Below the pieces are notes generated by a model. It was not told the DNA's origin. It searched no databases and worked only from the letters and a program-made list of their open reading frames with translations. From Balanoglossus misakiensis (taxonomy: Eukaryota > Animalia > Hemichordata), in contig CM082590.2 of assembly GCA_040954595.2 (NCBI GenBank), positions 4,898,001-4,962,000 of the forward strand: DNA of 64,000 nucleotides. Reading direction: 5' to 3'. Position numbers and translations under genes: made by a program. Shown here piece by piece: positions 49,516 through 62,579 of this stretch. Position 1 is the first letter of the stretch. The number at the start of each line of letters is the position of its first letter.

Positions 49516-50769
49516 GTGTGAATATAGCATTGGCGCGCGAAGCGATCGAAACTTCCGCATTGAACGAGCCCTCCTACCCAGCGTTCCCGGATGTCATTGC
49601 CTGAGCATGCGTAGAAAATGTCGAGACAATCTGTCGCGCGACAGTGTACATGCCTGATTTGCTCGAGCGAACTCATTTTGGCTGTTTTTTCGGAGTTTTT
49701 CCACGTATTTCCTTCTAAAGTAGAGAGTGTGGTTCCGTCCGACCTCAAATATTTGCCGAGTGTGTTCAAGATTGGTTTATAAACGAACCATATGTATTAT
49801 TCGAGATTGAATTAGGCCTTTGCCTGCTGTTGCGTTGTACGCTGCTGCGCTAGCCGCCCTATATACCAGCTACAGGGAAGTGTGTTACGATGTACTGTAC
49901 ACAGGCACTCAAGACGATCGCTTCACGATGGGGGGCTGCAGTTCGCAATGGGGTGGGGGTGGGGGGGGGGCTTCAGTACCCCTAAATATAAAAGAAGGTA
50001 CGAAACGCCAGGCCAGGACAGGCCAGGATACTGACGAGAGCACAATGTTCAAGCGGCGATTTCGCTGAGAATATTTTATTAAAACTTACCGAAATGCGGC
50101 GGGTAGAAGCTAACAAGTATATGTTTTGTGATCCATAGCAAAAAAAAGCTCAATTTAAAGGCAAACTGCTCGAAATGTGATGTGGAGGTTTGGAGCGCGG
50201 TTCGAGCGACACTTTCAACAGTGGACATTGTCGATGTCAGTATGGCCGCGGTCACTGAGGTTAGAGGTCAACTAATCGTGCCCTGGCTCCTGATTGGTCG
50301 AGACCCTCAGTGACGTAAATTTTGAATATGTCATATGTTACAGGGGGTGCAGCCCTCATATTTGACTGAGAAGTCATCCATTGAAAAGCCATTCGCTCCT
50401 CGCCATCCGCCAGGACGTGTATGAAAAATTAAGTAGTGATTTGCTACGTGAATTGAATAAGTAAGAAGCGGTTTCATATCATTTTGGGGGGCCTGGCGGT
50501 GGAACCATTGTCAATTTTGAAGTGTTGGGTTACATCCTTTTCTTATTTTTTCGACTTGCCCTTCGGACACAGGTCAACAGCATGCCGGGAAAACCAGTAG
50601 TTTTTTCTGACAATAAAAAACACGGGACATGCACACTGGGTACTTTCACGGACACCTTTAAAAGTTCTTAAGGACTATTATTTTTCTGAAATGATGTCCC
50701 TGAAGCACGTACTGCCTTAAATCCAGCATTACTAGTATTTCATGTTTTTCAGAGTTATGCTTATCTTTA

Positions 50770-50794
50770 CATAGACCTTTCTCTAGGGTCTATG
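50770..50794. mobile_element. 25-bp remnant with CATAGACC/GGTCTATG ends and a 7-bp TSD (P-type excision footprint or minimal MITE)
   Basis: ATCTTTA-CATAGACCTTTCTCTAGGGTCTATG-ATCTTTA. Confidence 0.65.
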
Positions 50795-51094
50795 ATCTTT
50801 AAACCTCCATTAGCTTTAACTTTTGCTGGTTGTACATACAACTGTGGGTGGGTTTAAGTTTCTGATATATCCGTTACAGTCTATTGCTCAAATGATACAT
50901 CATTGAAAACATGCAACACAAACACAGAGAGAAAGTCACGTGGTTGCTGTTAGCCATGTTGTAGTGCCGTTCACTTGGTCTCCAGAAGCTCATGAAATTT
51001 GTCGAAAAGGAAACCTCCAACACCTACCAAAACGGCTGCTACTTAAAAGATAAGTGATATTCTAACTACTGTGAAACTCTCATTCGCATTCTCA

Positions 51095-51943
51095 ATGCCG
51101 AAAGGAAGAAAATCGCCGTCAAAAAACTCGTCAAGAGGCAGAGGCAGGACCGACAAGAACGCAGAGGGCATGGCACGTTACGTAACACGCTCGAGTCCAG
51201 TCTATAGTCAATCTGACGGAGAAGAGTCCACTGAAGGTGATAAAACTACAGACAACACCGGCGTATCCACTGACTTTCAGGTATTTATGCGAGACGCAAT
51301 TTCACGACTGGAGAAGAAAATTGATAAAATGCACATTGACCAAAACTCCCTTCTTGGCCGTGTAAAATGTGCAGAAGAAAAATGCGGAGACCTGGAAAAA
51401 TCAAGTCAATTCCTCCATGGTGAGGTAGACGACCTAAAATCAGAGGCAACTTGCAGTAAAAAGAAAATAGAAACACTAGAAGAAACGTTAAAATTGAATA
51501 CGGCTACGCTTTCAAGTTTGAGAGAAGAAAATATAAAGCTGCAACGGTACAGTAGGTCTCTCAGTGTCCGCTTTGGCGGTATTACAGAACAAGAGGGAGA
51601 GGACTGCGTCGAGATTATCAAATCCATACTGAAACAATCATTCGGTATTGAAAACCCACTACTGGAGAACGCTCATCGTACAGGATTGAAGAAAACAGGA
51701 AAACAACGCCATATCCTTGTAAAACTATTATGTCGACCACAAAGACAGTTAATATTTTCGAATTCCCGTAGAGCTTTGAAGACAACAGGGATTTTCGTCA
51801 CCCAAGACCTCTGTCAAGCCGACCTTGAGTGTAAACGGAAACTCCAACCAGTCATGCAAGCGGCTTACGAAGACAAGAAAAAAGTACTGTTCAAAAACGG
51901 ATGTCTATTTATAGACGGGAAAAGGTATACTAAAAATCAGTAG
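51095..51943 (+). CDS. L1-type ORF1p (coiled coil, RRM, C-terminal domain)
   Basis: Heptad-rich middle, then SR...VRFGGI.E, ENAHR.G, R.ILVKL, IFVTQDL, LFIDGK. Confidence 0.85.
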   Translation: MPKGRKSPSKNSSRGRGRTDKNAEGMARYVTRSSPVYSQSDGEESTEGDKTTDNTGVSTDFQVFMRDAISRLEKKIDKMHIDQNSLLGRVKCAEEKCGDLEKSSQFLHGEVDDLKSEATCSKKKIETLEETLKLNTATLSSLREENIKLQRYSRSLSVRFGGITEQEGEDCVEIIKSILKQSFGIENPLLENAHRTGLKKTGKQRHILVKLLCRPQRQLIFSNSRRALKTTGIFVTQDLCQADLECKRKLQPVMQAAYEDKKKVLFKNGCLFIDGKRYTKNQ

Positions 51944-52126
51944 TACTTGTTTATTGCAAAAACAACTTGTTGGAATGTCTCTTTTGACAGACACTTTCTG
52001 AAAATGTTTATGGATATTTAGACCTTCTGGATGACCATGTTCTTTTTTTTGTCACCTGACGGCACAGTTTTCCCCACGTTTTAGGGATTTTTGCTGTCCT
52101 TTTTTTTCGTGTTTGTTTGTTTTTGT

Positions 52127-55100
52127 ATGTCGTTGAAATTTGTCTCTTTGAATGTGCGAGGTATTAGAAAACCCTACGAAAAGAAAAAGTATTTATCGTT
52201 ACGTAAGGCGGCAGAAAGCGCATATCGCCTTTCTCCAAGAAACCTATAGTTATGCAAATGATGAGTTCACCTGGAAACAAGAATGGGGTGGCGACGTGCT
52301 CTTCTCGCACGGCTCACACCACAGCTGTGGAGCAGCTATTCTTATTCAAAAATCTGTACCCTACCAATTGTACAAAGTTCTCAGTGACCGCGAAGGTCGT
52401 TATATAATGGCCGAAGTTGATATAAATGGCCAACGCTTAGTTCTCGTTAACATTTACGCACCAAACAGAGATGTGGAACAAATTGCCTTTTTTGAACGCA
52501 TCTTGCAACTTTTATAACAGAATTTTCCCTTCCTACCAACCATTATTGGTGGCGACTTTAAAAGGGTGCGCCACTGATGTCCACAGTCGAGCAAGAGCAG
52601 AAATTTTCAACTTGATGAAAAATTTAGCTGTGGTCGACGTTTATCGCAAATTACATCCTTATGAGTACAGGTATACCTGGAGACGTGGCAATTCTGCGTC
52701 ACGCTTGGATTATTTTCTAGTTTCCAGAAATTTAGAAAGAAACATAAAGGATTGCAAAATCACCCCTTCAGTTAATACTGACCACAGTGCCGTTACCCTA
52801 ACATACAATTATGAGCAGCATGCTGATCGGGGCCCAGGGTTTTGGAAACTGAATTTAAGTCTCCTACAGGATGAAAAGTACAGGGAAATGATTAAAGATC
52901 TAATACATGAAAATGTTAATCGGTCTGACGCAGGGTCGGTACAAAATACTTGGGAATATTTAAAATACAAAATAAAAGACAGGTCTATAAATTATTCAAA
53001 GCATAAAAAGAGAGAGAACAAAATACTTGAAGAGAACTTATGGAAGTCACTTTGTGAATTAGAAAAAAGTCTAGACAATGATTTGAATGACGACGTTGTC
53101 CTTGAATATGAAAAAGTTAAATTAAAATTAGAACAGTTGTGGGAAAATGAAGTGAAAGGGGTTATGGTAAGATCAAGAATCAAGTGGTATTCCGAAGGTG
53201 AGAAAAGCTCCAAGTATTTTTTAAATTTAGAGAAGCGGAACCATGACAAAAAGTTAATTTCAGCTTTAAAGTCTGATAATGACGTGCCCATAACGGATGA
53301 CAAAGAGATACTCAAAGAAATCAAGAGCTACTATGAACATCTGTATACCTCACGTAGCCCCGCTTTTGATGCGGAAACGGTTGATTTGTTCTTTAACGAT
53401 TCAGATGTCCAAAAATTGTCTGATGAAAAAAGTAACTTTCTTGAAGGCCTTTTCACAAATTCTGAAGTTCTTGAAGTACTGAAGTCAGCACCCAAGAATA
53501 AAACTCCTGGGAGTGATGGACTACCAGCCGAATTTTATATTGCTTTTTGGGAAGATATTGGGGATATTTTGGTTGGGGTCCTAAATGAAGCATTCCGTAT
53601 AGGAGAAATGACATCCACACAGAAACAGGCTGTTATCACCCTCTTACCGAAACCCGGAAAAGATCAGAATTATATAAAAAACTGGAGACCAGTCTCGCTT
53701 TTGAATTCTGACTATAAGACAGCAGCTAAATGTATAGCCAAGCGTTTGGAAAAGGTTTTACCAACAATAATTCATGAAAATCAAACTGCTTTCATCAAAG
53801 GTCGTAAAATTACAGATAACATCCGTCTTATTTCTGATATCATCCATTATTTTAATATCAAGAATAGGAAAGGAATTCTCCTTTTCCTAGATTATGAGAA
53901 AGCTTTTGATTCTTTGGAATGGGCGCTGATTGACAAAGCTCTCGATCTTTACAATTTTGGTCCTAATTTGAAAAAAATGGGTTAAACTTTTCTATAACAA
54001 TATAACCAGCTGTGTATTAAATAATGGTTACTCCACAGGCTGGTTTAAAGTCTCAAGAGGAGTAAGACAAGGATGCCCCTTGTCAACCGCACTTTTTGTT
54101 ATTGCAATTGAGTTGTTAGCCACTGCAGTACGTAAAGATAAAAATATTTCTGGTTTACTTCTCCCTGACGGGAGTGAAGAACGCATCTCACTGTTTGCAG
54201 ATGACACTACTTTTTTATTACATAACAGACAATCACTTAAAAATGTCATTCATTTAATTGAAAAATTTAAATATTGTTCAGGTTTGAGTATGAATTGTGA
54301 TAAAACAGAAATGATGCTTCTTGGAAAATATAGGTCAGAGTCCTTTGATGACTGTGGTATCAGGCCAACAAACGCTCCCATCAAACTCCTAGGGGTTTAC
54401 TTAGGTTACAATAAAAACGACATAGAGGATTTAAACTTCAATCAGAAGCTTCGAAAAATGAAGAACAATTTAAATGTTTGGAAGTCTCGAAACCTCACTT
54501 TGAGGGGGAAAATTCTGTTGGCAAGATATCACGGAGCCTCAAAGTTAACTTATATGATGAGCGCCGTTTCCGTTCCAAAGATTGTTTTAACGTATGCAAA
54601 TAAATATCTTTTTGACTTTATTTGGAATGGAAAGCCCCATAAGATAAAACGTAATACTTTGATTGGTAATCTTGATAAGGGCGGCCTGGGAATGGTCGAT
54701 TGTGAACTGCTTGACAAAGCTCTTAAATTGTCACTGCTTGCACGTTTAAAAAACTGTAATCATCAATGGACGAAGATTCCAATGTACTACTTTGGGAAAA
54801 TTGGAGGATTAGATCTTTTATCACAGTGTAACTTTGACATTAATTTTTTGCCTGTTACTATGCCTCAATACTACAGAGATATGTTGAAATATTATAAAGA
54901 TTTGAGAGATGTAACAGATGATAGTAGTCATAACGAAACCATCTGGAATAATAAGAACATTTTAATTGATAATTATTCTGTATTTTTTAAAGATTGGTAT
55001 GACAAGGGTGTTATGTATATTTCTGATCTATGTTAAAAAGGTAAATACCTCTCCTGGGACAAGTTTTCAACAAAATATGACATTGACAAGAGTCAGTTTC

Positions 55101-55807
55101 TCAAATATCATAGCCTCATCCACGCTATTCCAGAAACCTTCAAAAAAAATTATGGAACCAGACATGCATCTGTAAATGACCAAGACTGCCCGCTGGGTGA
55201 TGGGTCAGTCAAAACGATTTATGAAAAATTAGTTAGAAGCAAATTTGTACCTCCCAGAAGTCAAGCCTACATTGAAAGGTTGTATAATATTTCCCCTGAT
55301 TGGAAAATTATTTGGAGCAGGATTAAAAACACAACAATAGAAGAGAAAATGCGTAATTTTCAGTACAAAATTTTGCACAGGATAATTGCGACTAATAAGT
55401 TTCTATATATTAGAAAACTACGCCCTAATGATCTATGCGATCATTGCAAGAATACCGAAACAATGGAGCACTTATTCTGGGAATGTACAAAAGCTAACAA
55501 TTTTTGGAAAAAATTTGAGTTATTTTGGTCAAACAATTCGAAGCATACACTCCAGTTGAATTGCCAAACAGTAGTTCTTGGCTCAGATTTGTACAATTCA
55601 AAAGATTCTATTCTTTTTAATCACCTTTTATTATTGGGAAAATACTTTATCTATACAGCCAGATTTAATTCCCACCCTTTGAACTTTCGTTTATTTATGG
55701 ATAAAATTAGAGAAGTCCGCTGTGTTGAAGGTAAACTTGCAAAATATAGAAAAACTGTAAATCAGTATGAAACAAAATGGGCAGTACTTTTGCATTGTGA
55801 GTTGTAA
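52127..55807 (+). pseudogene. LINE ORF2 (APE endonuclease, RT, CCHC) with several frameshifts
   Basis: SLNVRG, FLQET, NIYAPN, GGDF, SRLDYF, TDH; KTPGSDG, NWRPVSLLN, LDYEKAFD, GVRQGCPLS, FADD; CDHC...EHLFWEC. Confidence 0.92.
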
Positions 55808-55817
55808 CAAATCTTAC

Positions 55818-58800
55818 TTTTTAGGGCCCAAGCGCACGCAAGCGCTTGGGCCCTATTGGTTTCGTTGGAATTTTTAGGGCCCAAGCGCACGCAAGCGCTT
55901 GGGCCCTATTGGTTTCGTTGGAATTTTTCTTTCTTTCCGGCTTTCTTTCTTTCTTTATTCTTGTGTCAATTCTTTGGGCAACGAGATCTCAGACACCGCT
56001 GCAGGTACACTTCTCAAACTTGCTACAGTGGTCAAGGTCAATGAGTAGATGTGCAGTGACTTGTGAATACTTAATTAGTCACGTGACCTGGCGGCCATAT
56101 TGGATTTTCTGAAAAAAATCAAATCTCAGATCTCAGAAACTACAAGTCAGATCGACTTCAAATTTGGCATGCAGGTAGACTACCTTCTACCCATCATTTT
56201 TGTAATTGGAAATTTTGCTGTCAATGTTGCAGTTTTTTTGCTACAATTTTTTTTCTGAAATCTAGCTTAAATTTCAAAAATCTTCTTCTCCAGAACCGGT
56301 GATAAGCGAGACACAAGGTTTGGGGTATGTGGTCACCTAACTGATGTCTATCAAGTTTGCGAAGATCATTGTGATTGGTCGGAGATTATGGCGGCCATAT
56401 TGGATTTTCGAAAAACCATAGTTAAACTCCAAAAATCTTCTTCTCCAGAACGGGCGATGACTGAGTCGCAAGATTCGGGGAGTATGGTCACTACACTGAT
56501 GTCTATCAAGTTTGCAAAGAGCATTGTGATTGGTCGAAGATTATGGCGGCCATATTGGATTTTGTAAAAAGCAGTGAAAAATTAAAATTCCTTTTTCTAG
56601 TATAAAAATTGATAGCATACAAATTCTTTTAATGGATATCATTCGTCATATGACTACAATATGTTATAAATTTTTGGCGATTTTTCACATGACCTTTGAC
56701 CTACTTTTCACACATTATTATTTCTGCATATCTAATTCCAGGCTAACCTATAGGGCTAGACGTTTGGTTTTTGATGCATGTGGATTAGTGTGTGATCAAA
56801 ATATTTTGCTACTTTTCATGACCCCTTTGACCTCTGCCGACCTCATTAATTATGTACCAATACTTAATTAGTCACGTGACCTGGCGGCCATATTGGATTT
56901 TCTGAAAAAAATCAAATCTCAGATCTCAGAAACTACAAGTCAGATCGACTTCAAATTTGGCATGCAGGTAGACTACCTTCTACCCATCATTTTTGTAATT
57001 GGAAATTTTGCTGTCAATGTTGCAGTTTTTTTGCTACAATTTTTTTTCTGAAATCTAGCTTAAATTTCAAAAATCTTCTTCTCCAGAACCGGTGATAAGC
57101 GAGACACAAGGTTTGGGGTATGTGGTCACCTAACTGATGTCTATCAAGTTTGCGAAGATCATTGTGATTGGTCGGAGATTATGGCGGCCATATTGGATTT
57201 TCGAAAAACCATAGTTAAACTCCAAAAATCTTCTTCTCCAGAACGGGCGATGACTGAGTCGCAAGATTCAGGGAGTATGGTCACTACACTGATGTCTATC
57301 AAGTTTGCAAAGAGCATTGTGATTGGTCGAAGATTATGGCGGCCATATTGGATTTTGTAAAAAGCAGTGAAAAATTAAAATTCCTTTTTCTAGTATAAAA
57401 ATTGATAGCATACAAATTCTTTTAATGGATATCATTCGTCATATGACTACAATATGTTATAAATTTTTGGCGATTTTTCACATGACCTTTGACCTACTTT
57501 TCACACATTATTATTTCTGCATATCTAATTCCAGGCTAACCTATAGGGCTAGACGTTTGGTTTTTGATGCATGTGGATTAGTGTGTGATCAAAATATTTT
57601 GCTACTTTTCATGACCCCTTTGACCTCTGCCGACCTCATTAATTATGTGCATAGCTAATTACAGGCGAACCAATACAGCTAGAGGTTTGGTTTTTGTTGA
57701 ACATGGACCAGTATGGGGTCAAAATTTTTTGCCCAAATGTTGGGTGACCTCTGGTGACCTTTGACCTACTTTCGCATATCTCAACGTCCAGAGCAGATAC
57801 AGCCTTGGCATTTGGCAGGATGGGACCTAAATGTAAAGCCAAATTTTTGGATCACCTGTGACACCTGCTGACCTCATTAAATATGCACATACCTAATTAC
57901 ACGCGAACCAATAGAGCTAGAGTTTTGGCTTTTGTTGGACATGGCCCAGCATGGGTCAAAAATTTTTGCCCAAATGTTGGTGATCTCAGGTGACCTTTGA
58001 CCTACTTTACCCTATTTCAGCCGCAAAAATACACACGTCCTTGTTATGTCATGAGATAATACACCCGATAGAAAATTCTGTTTCTTCTCATTCATACTGC
58101 GCATATATAATTCAAGATCAGCGCTTGGGCCCGACAATGCTGCTTGCAGCTTTAATTCTTTCTTTCTTTCTTTCTTTATTCTTGTGTCAATTCTTTGGGC
58201 AACGAGATCTCAGACACCGCTGCAGGTACACTTCTCAAACTTGCTACAGTGGTCAAGGTCAATGAGTAGATGTGCAGTGACTTGTGAATACTTAATTAGT
58301 CACGTGACCTGGCGGCCATATTGGATTTTCTGAAAAAAATCAAATCTCAGATCTCAGAAACTACAAGTCAGATCGACTTCAAATTTGGCATGCAGGTAGA
58401 CTACCTTCTACCCATCATTTGTGTAATTGGAAATTTTGCTGTCAATGTTGCAGTTTTTTTGCTACAGTTGTTTTTCTCAAATCTGGCTTAAATTTCAAAA
58501 ATCTTCTTCTCCAGAACCAGTGATAACCGAGACACGGGGTTTGGGGTATGTGGTCACCTAACTGATGTCTATCAAGTTTGCGAAGATCATTGTGATTGGT
58601 CGAAGATTATGGCGGCCATATTGGATTTTCGAAAAACCATAGTAAAAATGCAAAAATCTTCTTCTCCAGAACGATCGATGACTGAGTCGCAAGATTCGGG
58701 GAGTATGGTCACTACACTGATGTCTATCAAGTTTGCAAAGAGCATTGTGATTGGTCGAAGATTATGGCGGCCATATTGGATTTTGTAAAAAGCAGTGAAA

Positions 58801-59586
58801 AATTGAAATTCCTTTTTCTAGTCTAAAAATTGATAGCATACAAATTCTTTTTATGGATATCAGTCGTCATGTGACTAAAATATGCTACAATTTTTTTGTG
58901 ATTTTTGACATGACCTTTGACCTACTTATCATGCGTTATTATTTCTGCATATCTAATTCCCGGCTAACCTATAGGGCTAGAGGTTTGGTTTTTGATGAAT
59001 GTGGATTAGTGTGTGATCAAAATATTTTGCTACTTTTCATGACCCCTTTGACCTCTGCTGACCTCATTAATTATGTGCATAGCTAATTTCAGGCGAACCA
59101 ATAGAGCTAGAGGTTTGATTTTTGTTGGACATGGACCAGTATGGGATCAAAATTTTTGCCGAAATTTTGGGTGACCTCTGGTGACCTTTGACCTACTTTC
59201 GCATATCTCAGCATCCAGAGCAGATACAGCCATGGCATTTGGCAGGATGGGACCAAAATGTAAAGCCACATTTTTTGGTCACCTGTTACACCTGCTGACC
59301 TCATTAAATATGTACATACCTAATTACAGGCGAACCAATAGAGCTAGAGTTTTGGTTTTTGTTGGACATGGACCAGTATGGGTAAAAAAAAAATTGCCCA
59401 AATGTTGGGTGACCTCAGGTGACCTTTGACCTACTTCACCCTATTTCAGCAGCAAAAATACATACGTCCTTGTTATGTCATGAGATAATACATCCGATAG
59501 AAAATTCTATTTCTTCTCATTCATACTGTGCATATATAATTCGAGATCAGCGCTTGGGCCCGACAATGCTGCTTGCAGCTTTAATT
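55818..59586 (+). mobile_element. Tandem array of non-autonomous Helentron (HINE-like) elements inside the LINE 3' UTR
   Basis: The 5' palindrome TAGGGCCCAAGCGC..GCGCTTGGGCCCTA occurs twice. The 3' end GCGCTTGGGCCC...GCTGCTTGCAGC TTTAATT occurs at ~58157 and ~59586. There is an internal 793-bp duplication. Confidence 0.8.
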
Positions 59587-60111
59587 CTATCTTTGTAAGC
59601 GTTAATCTTTACTGACCTCGCTTGTTGTTTTGTGTTTTTGTGTTGTTTTTGTTGTGTCATTTGATTCCTATAAAAATTAATAAAAAAATTAAAAAAAAAA
59701 AAAAAAACAGAGAGAAATCTGCAGCTGCTTTCATATATTTATTGATCGTAATTAAAATATTCGAAAACACATTATGACCAGTGATGTCATTGTACCAATA
59801 AATGTACATGTACACCACATTTCAGTAATTATTATATATTATCTATTAGTCATGCAGACATAAACTACCATCACATTTCTAAATCGCAACATTTAATACA
59901 ATTCTATAGTATGTCTGTAGAGTCCATTAATCGTCTGAGTTCCGTTGTCATCCGTAGATCCAAGTTCATGGTCAAAAAACAATCCGACTTTAATTTAATG
60001 TGTTGATGTAACTCTTCTCATTTCGAGGAGGAATAAATGAACAACAACAGGAGGTGCAGCGCTCAAATTTGACTTATTTTCTGAACCTTTAAAGGTTTGG
60101 GTGTAGTGAAA

Positions 60112-61686
60112 TTAAAAGGCTGTGCCGCCCTTATACCAGCATTGGCTTTCTTAGCCGACGTACGGCTCGTTTGACTGAGCAAAACACTGTTCAACCCCTT
60201 GTATATTGGAGGTACGTAGGGTTGGTGTTCGAGCCGTTATGATTCGTCCTCTGCTGGCAGAAAAAGTTCTCAACGACGTCACTGTTGAGTCGACTCGGGA
60301 GTGTAGTCAGCGACTTAGCCGCCCTCTTCTCACAAATCTCGACGACTGCGGTCAGGCAAAACACAATGTCTTCACGTGTCTCATGTGACATCAGTCTTCT
60401 GGCCCTCTTGCTTTTGGTTGTTGTCTCGTCTGCCAACTCGTCTTTCTCCCACGATTGGAACCAATCTCTTGCCACGAGTAACTGCAACAGCCTCCCATCA
60501 TCACACCCTTTTACTTCCCTGTCGTCATTGAAAAATGACACGATTTGACTGGTGTGGCGTAAGAATTCGATTGTGCCATTCAGTCGTGCCTGGCTATATC
60601 TGGATCGGGAAGACTTTGCTGGAAGCAAACCATTAGGTGGAGCATTTCACTGTCGAGGACCTGCTCAGCGAGATGGTTTCGCATTTTTGCGGACATTCCC
60701 GGGAAAATGTGTTCGGTTGTTAACCTGTGGTTGATTCTACACATTTCCGGGTTAACTTCTGTGTCCCACTTGTAGGCATCGCGCCAGTGTTGCCATTCAA
60801 TATAAACACCATTCCATCGCAAATGCCTGGGATAGGTATCGCCTTCACCACTCTTCAGTACACTGTTCCTTAGTCTCTAAATTACATGTTTTGGATCCAT
60901 ACACATTATAACGGTGTCAGAAGGACTGCAGAGGCGGTTCGGGGCGTGCATCTTTTCATCAAGTGGGTTTCCGTTGAAATTCATTTTCAGGAAAGAACGA
61001 TTTGCTGCGGCACCATCGAACATTGCTAAATCAACAGTAAAGCCCCAGTCTGTTAATTTATCAACAGCTTCCCAAAATAGAACGTAAAGATGATAGGCCT
61101 GAACTTGGCGAGTTGGAAAGTGCGCAAATGGGAAGGTGAAACCGGTAAAGCCCAGAAATTGAAATTGTAGAGTATGATTCGCAAGTACTCCTTTCTTGTA
61201 TCCAGCCTTCATCACATCCATACTGGTACATTCGTCTCCGAGGTCTACCTCACCAACTAGTTTACTAATGCCACCTCTGGTGTCAATCTGTAGATCCTCC
61301 TGGATGGCCATCTCATCTAGTATGATACCACCCGAGCCTCCAGATGGGAGGATGCTTTTCTCTGCAGCCGTGTCTTTCATCCACTGAAATATGTCGTCAT
61401 GAAACCCAGATTTTTTATCGATTATGTTCTTGTACATCTGAAGAAGTCTAGAGGAGGGGAGTAGAAGATGGCCGCTTTTCCTTATGTCTTCATAGCCCTG
61501 TGGCGTTCTAAGCCACAAGTGTAGGCCGAATTTTATTACATCTCTATCCCATCTTCTGCTGGTTGGTTTCACTGTGCTATTTTTAACCATCGACGAAATC
61601 AGGCTGACTGCATTTTCTGGCAGGGTTTGCAGCACTTCACACAAACTATCACTTTTCGTTTCAGTGCCAGTCATCTTGCCAGTATC
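60112..61686 (-). pseudogene. P-element/THAP9-family transposase, disrupted
   Basis: LLLPSSRLL, ILDEMAIQEDL, FDGAAANRSF, DPKHVI*RLRN, KMRNHLAEQVL, NSDVVENFFCQQR..GSNTNPTYLQY. One in-frame stop and at least 2 frameshifts. Splice acceptor (ttgcAG) at 61687. Confidence 0.88.
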
Positions 61687-62157
61687 CTGCAATATGTAGA
61701 AAGATTAGGTGTTAAATTATGTTGATGTACATACTATATTAGCACATATAAAACATCGTGATTTCTCTATGGTAGTGATTTTTCTCGGCGTTTACATATT
61801 ATGTTCCATCGCCATTTGTCTTTTGTAAATTTACAAATATCATTATGGTTGTAGCGTTGCCCCCCCCCAAACAAAATGCAATAAATAAAATAAAATACGA
61901 ACATACAACTTTTACTAGTATTATCTCACGGGTTTGTACGGCCGGAATTTATGGTGTAGACCCATGAACTTGAACTTTGCAGAAAATGCACTTCAAGTTT
62001 TTTCGCTCACAAACATAAATTTCAATTTGGGTGAGAATATACATTTTCCTTCCGTGTGCGGGCGATTTTTCCTGATCTTTTTACTTTTGCGCCGCGGATC
62101 ACGATATTCAACATGTTTGATATTTTTTTTCCTCGCGAGGAAAATTACTCAAGTCCA

Positions 62158-62238
62158 CCGCACACGAGAGAAAGTTGCTGAGCAAAATTCCTCGAATGAC
62201 TTTTTGCTCAGCTGATTTCTCTCGTGTGCGGCATCCTT
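62158..62238. repeat. Palindromic MITE-like remnant between the transposase and the helicase
   Basis: ccgcacacgagagaaa..gctgagcaaaa is paired with ttttgctcagc..tttctctcgtgtgcgg. Confidence 0.6.
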
Positions 62239-62372
62239 TACCGATTGGCCGCGATCACATCATCACATGATCCGTTGATTACGCAATTGTTCCGTTTCCG
62301 ATCTCCGCGTCCGATTCCGAGTTTTGAGCATCTATAGTATTTTTAAAGATTTTTGACAAATTCACTGGACTC

Positions 62373-62579
62373 ATGTACACAATGGATGCTATAAACCTCT
62401 TGAATTTCGGACACAATATCCTGATAACAGGCCAAGCCGGTACAGGAAAAACTACTCTCGTTAAGAATATTCACGACCGTTATTCTGGAAAAAAGAGCAT
62501 CTACGTGACAGCCTCCACTGGGATAGCAACTTTGCAGTACCCTCGGGCAATGACTGTACATGCTTGGGCAGGCTTGCGG
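62373..62579 (+). CDS. PIF1-family helicase, exon 1 (Walker A and motif Ia)
   Basis: GHNILITGQAGTGKT, VTASTGIA, TVHAWAGL; donor CGG|GTAAGT. Confidence 0.88.

Larger units (their letters stand above)
50935..59706 (+). mobile_element. Full-length L1/Tx1-clade LINE with a ~3.8-kb insertion in its 3' UTR
   Basis: ORF1 and ORF2, poly(A) at ~59680-59706, 11-bp TSD ACAGAGAGAAA at 50924-50934 and 59707-59717. Confidence 0.92.

Noticed and set aside
50924-50934. Shared target specificity of the two L1/Tx1 elements
   Set aside because: Both TSDs contain GA/TC dinucleotide runs, but on opposite strands and with no further similarity.
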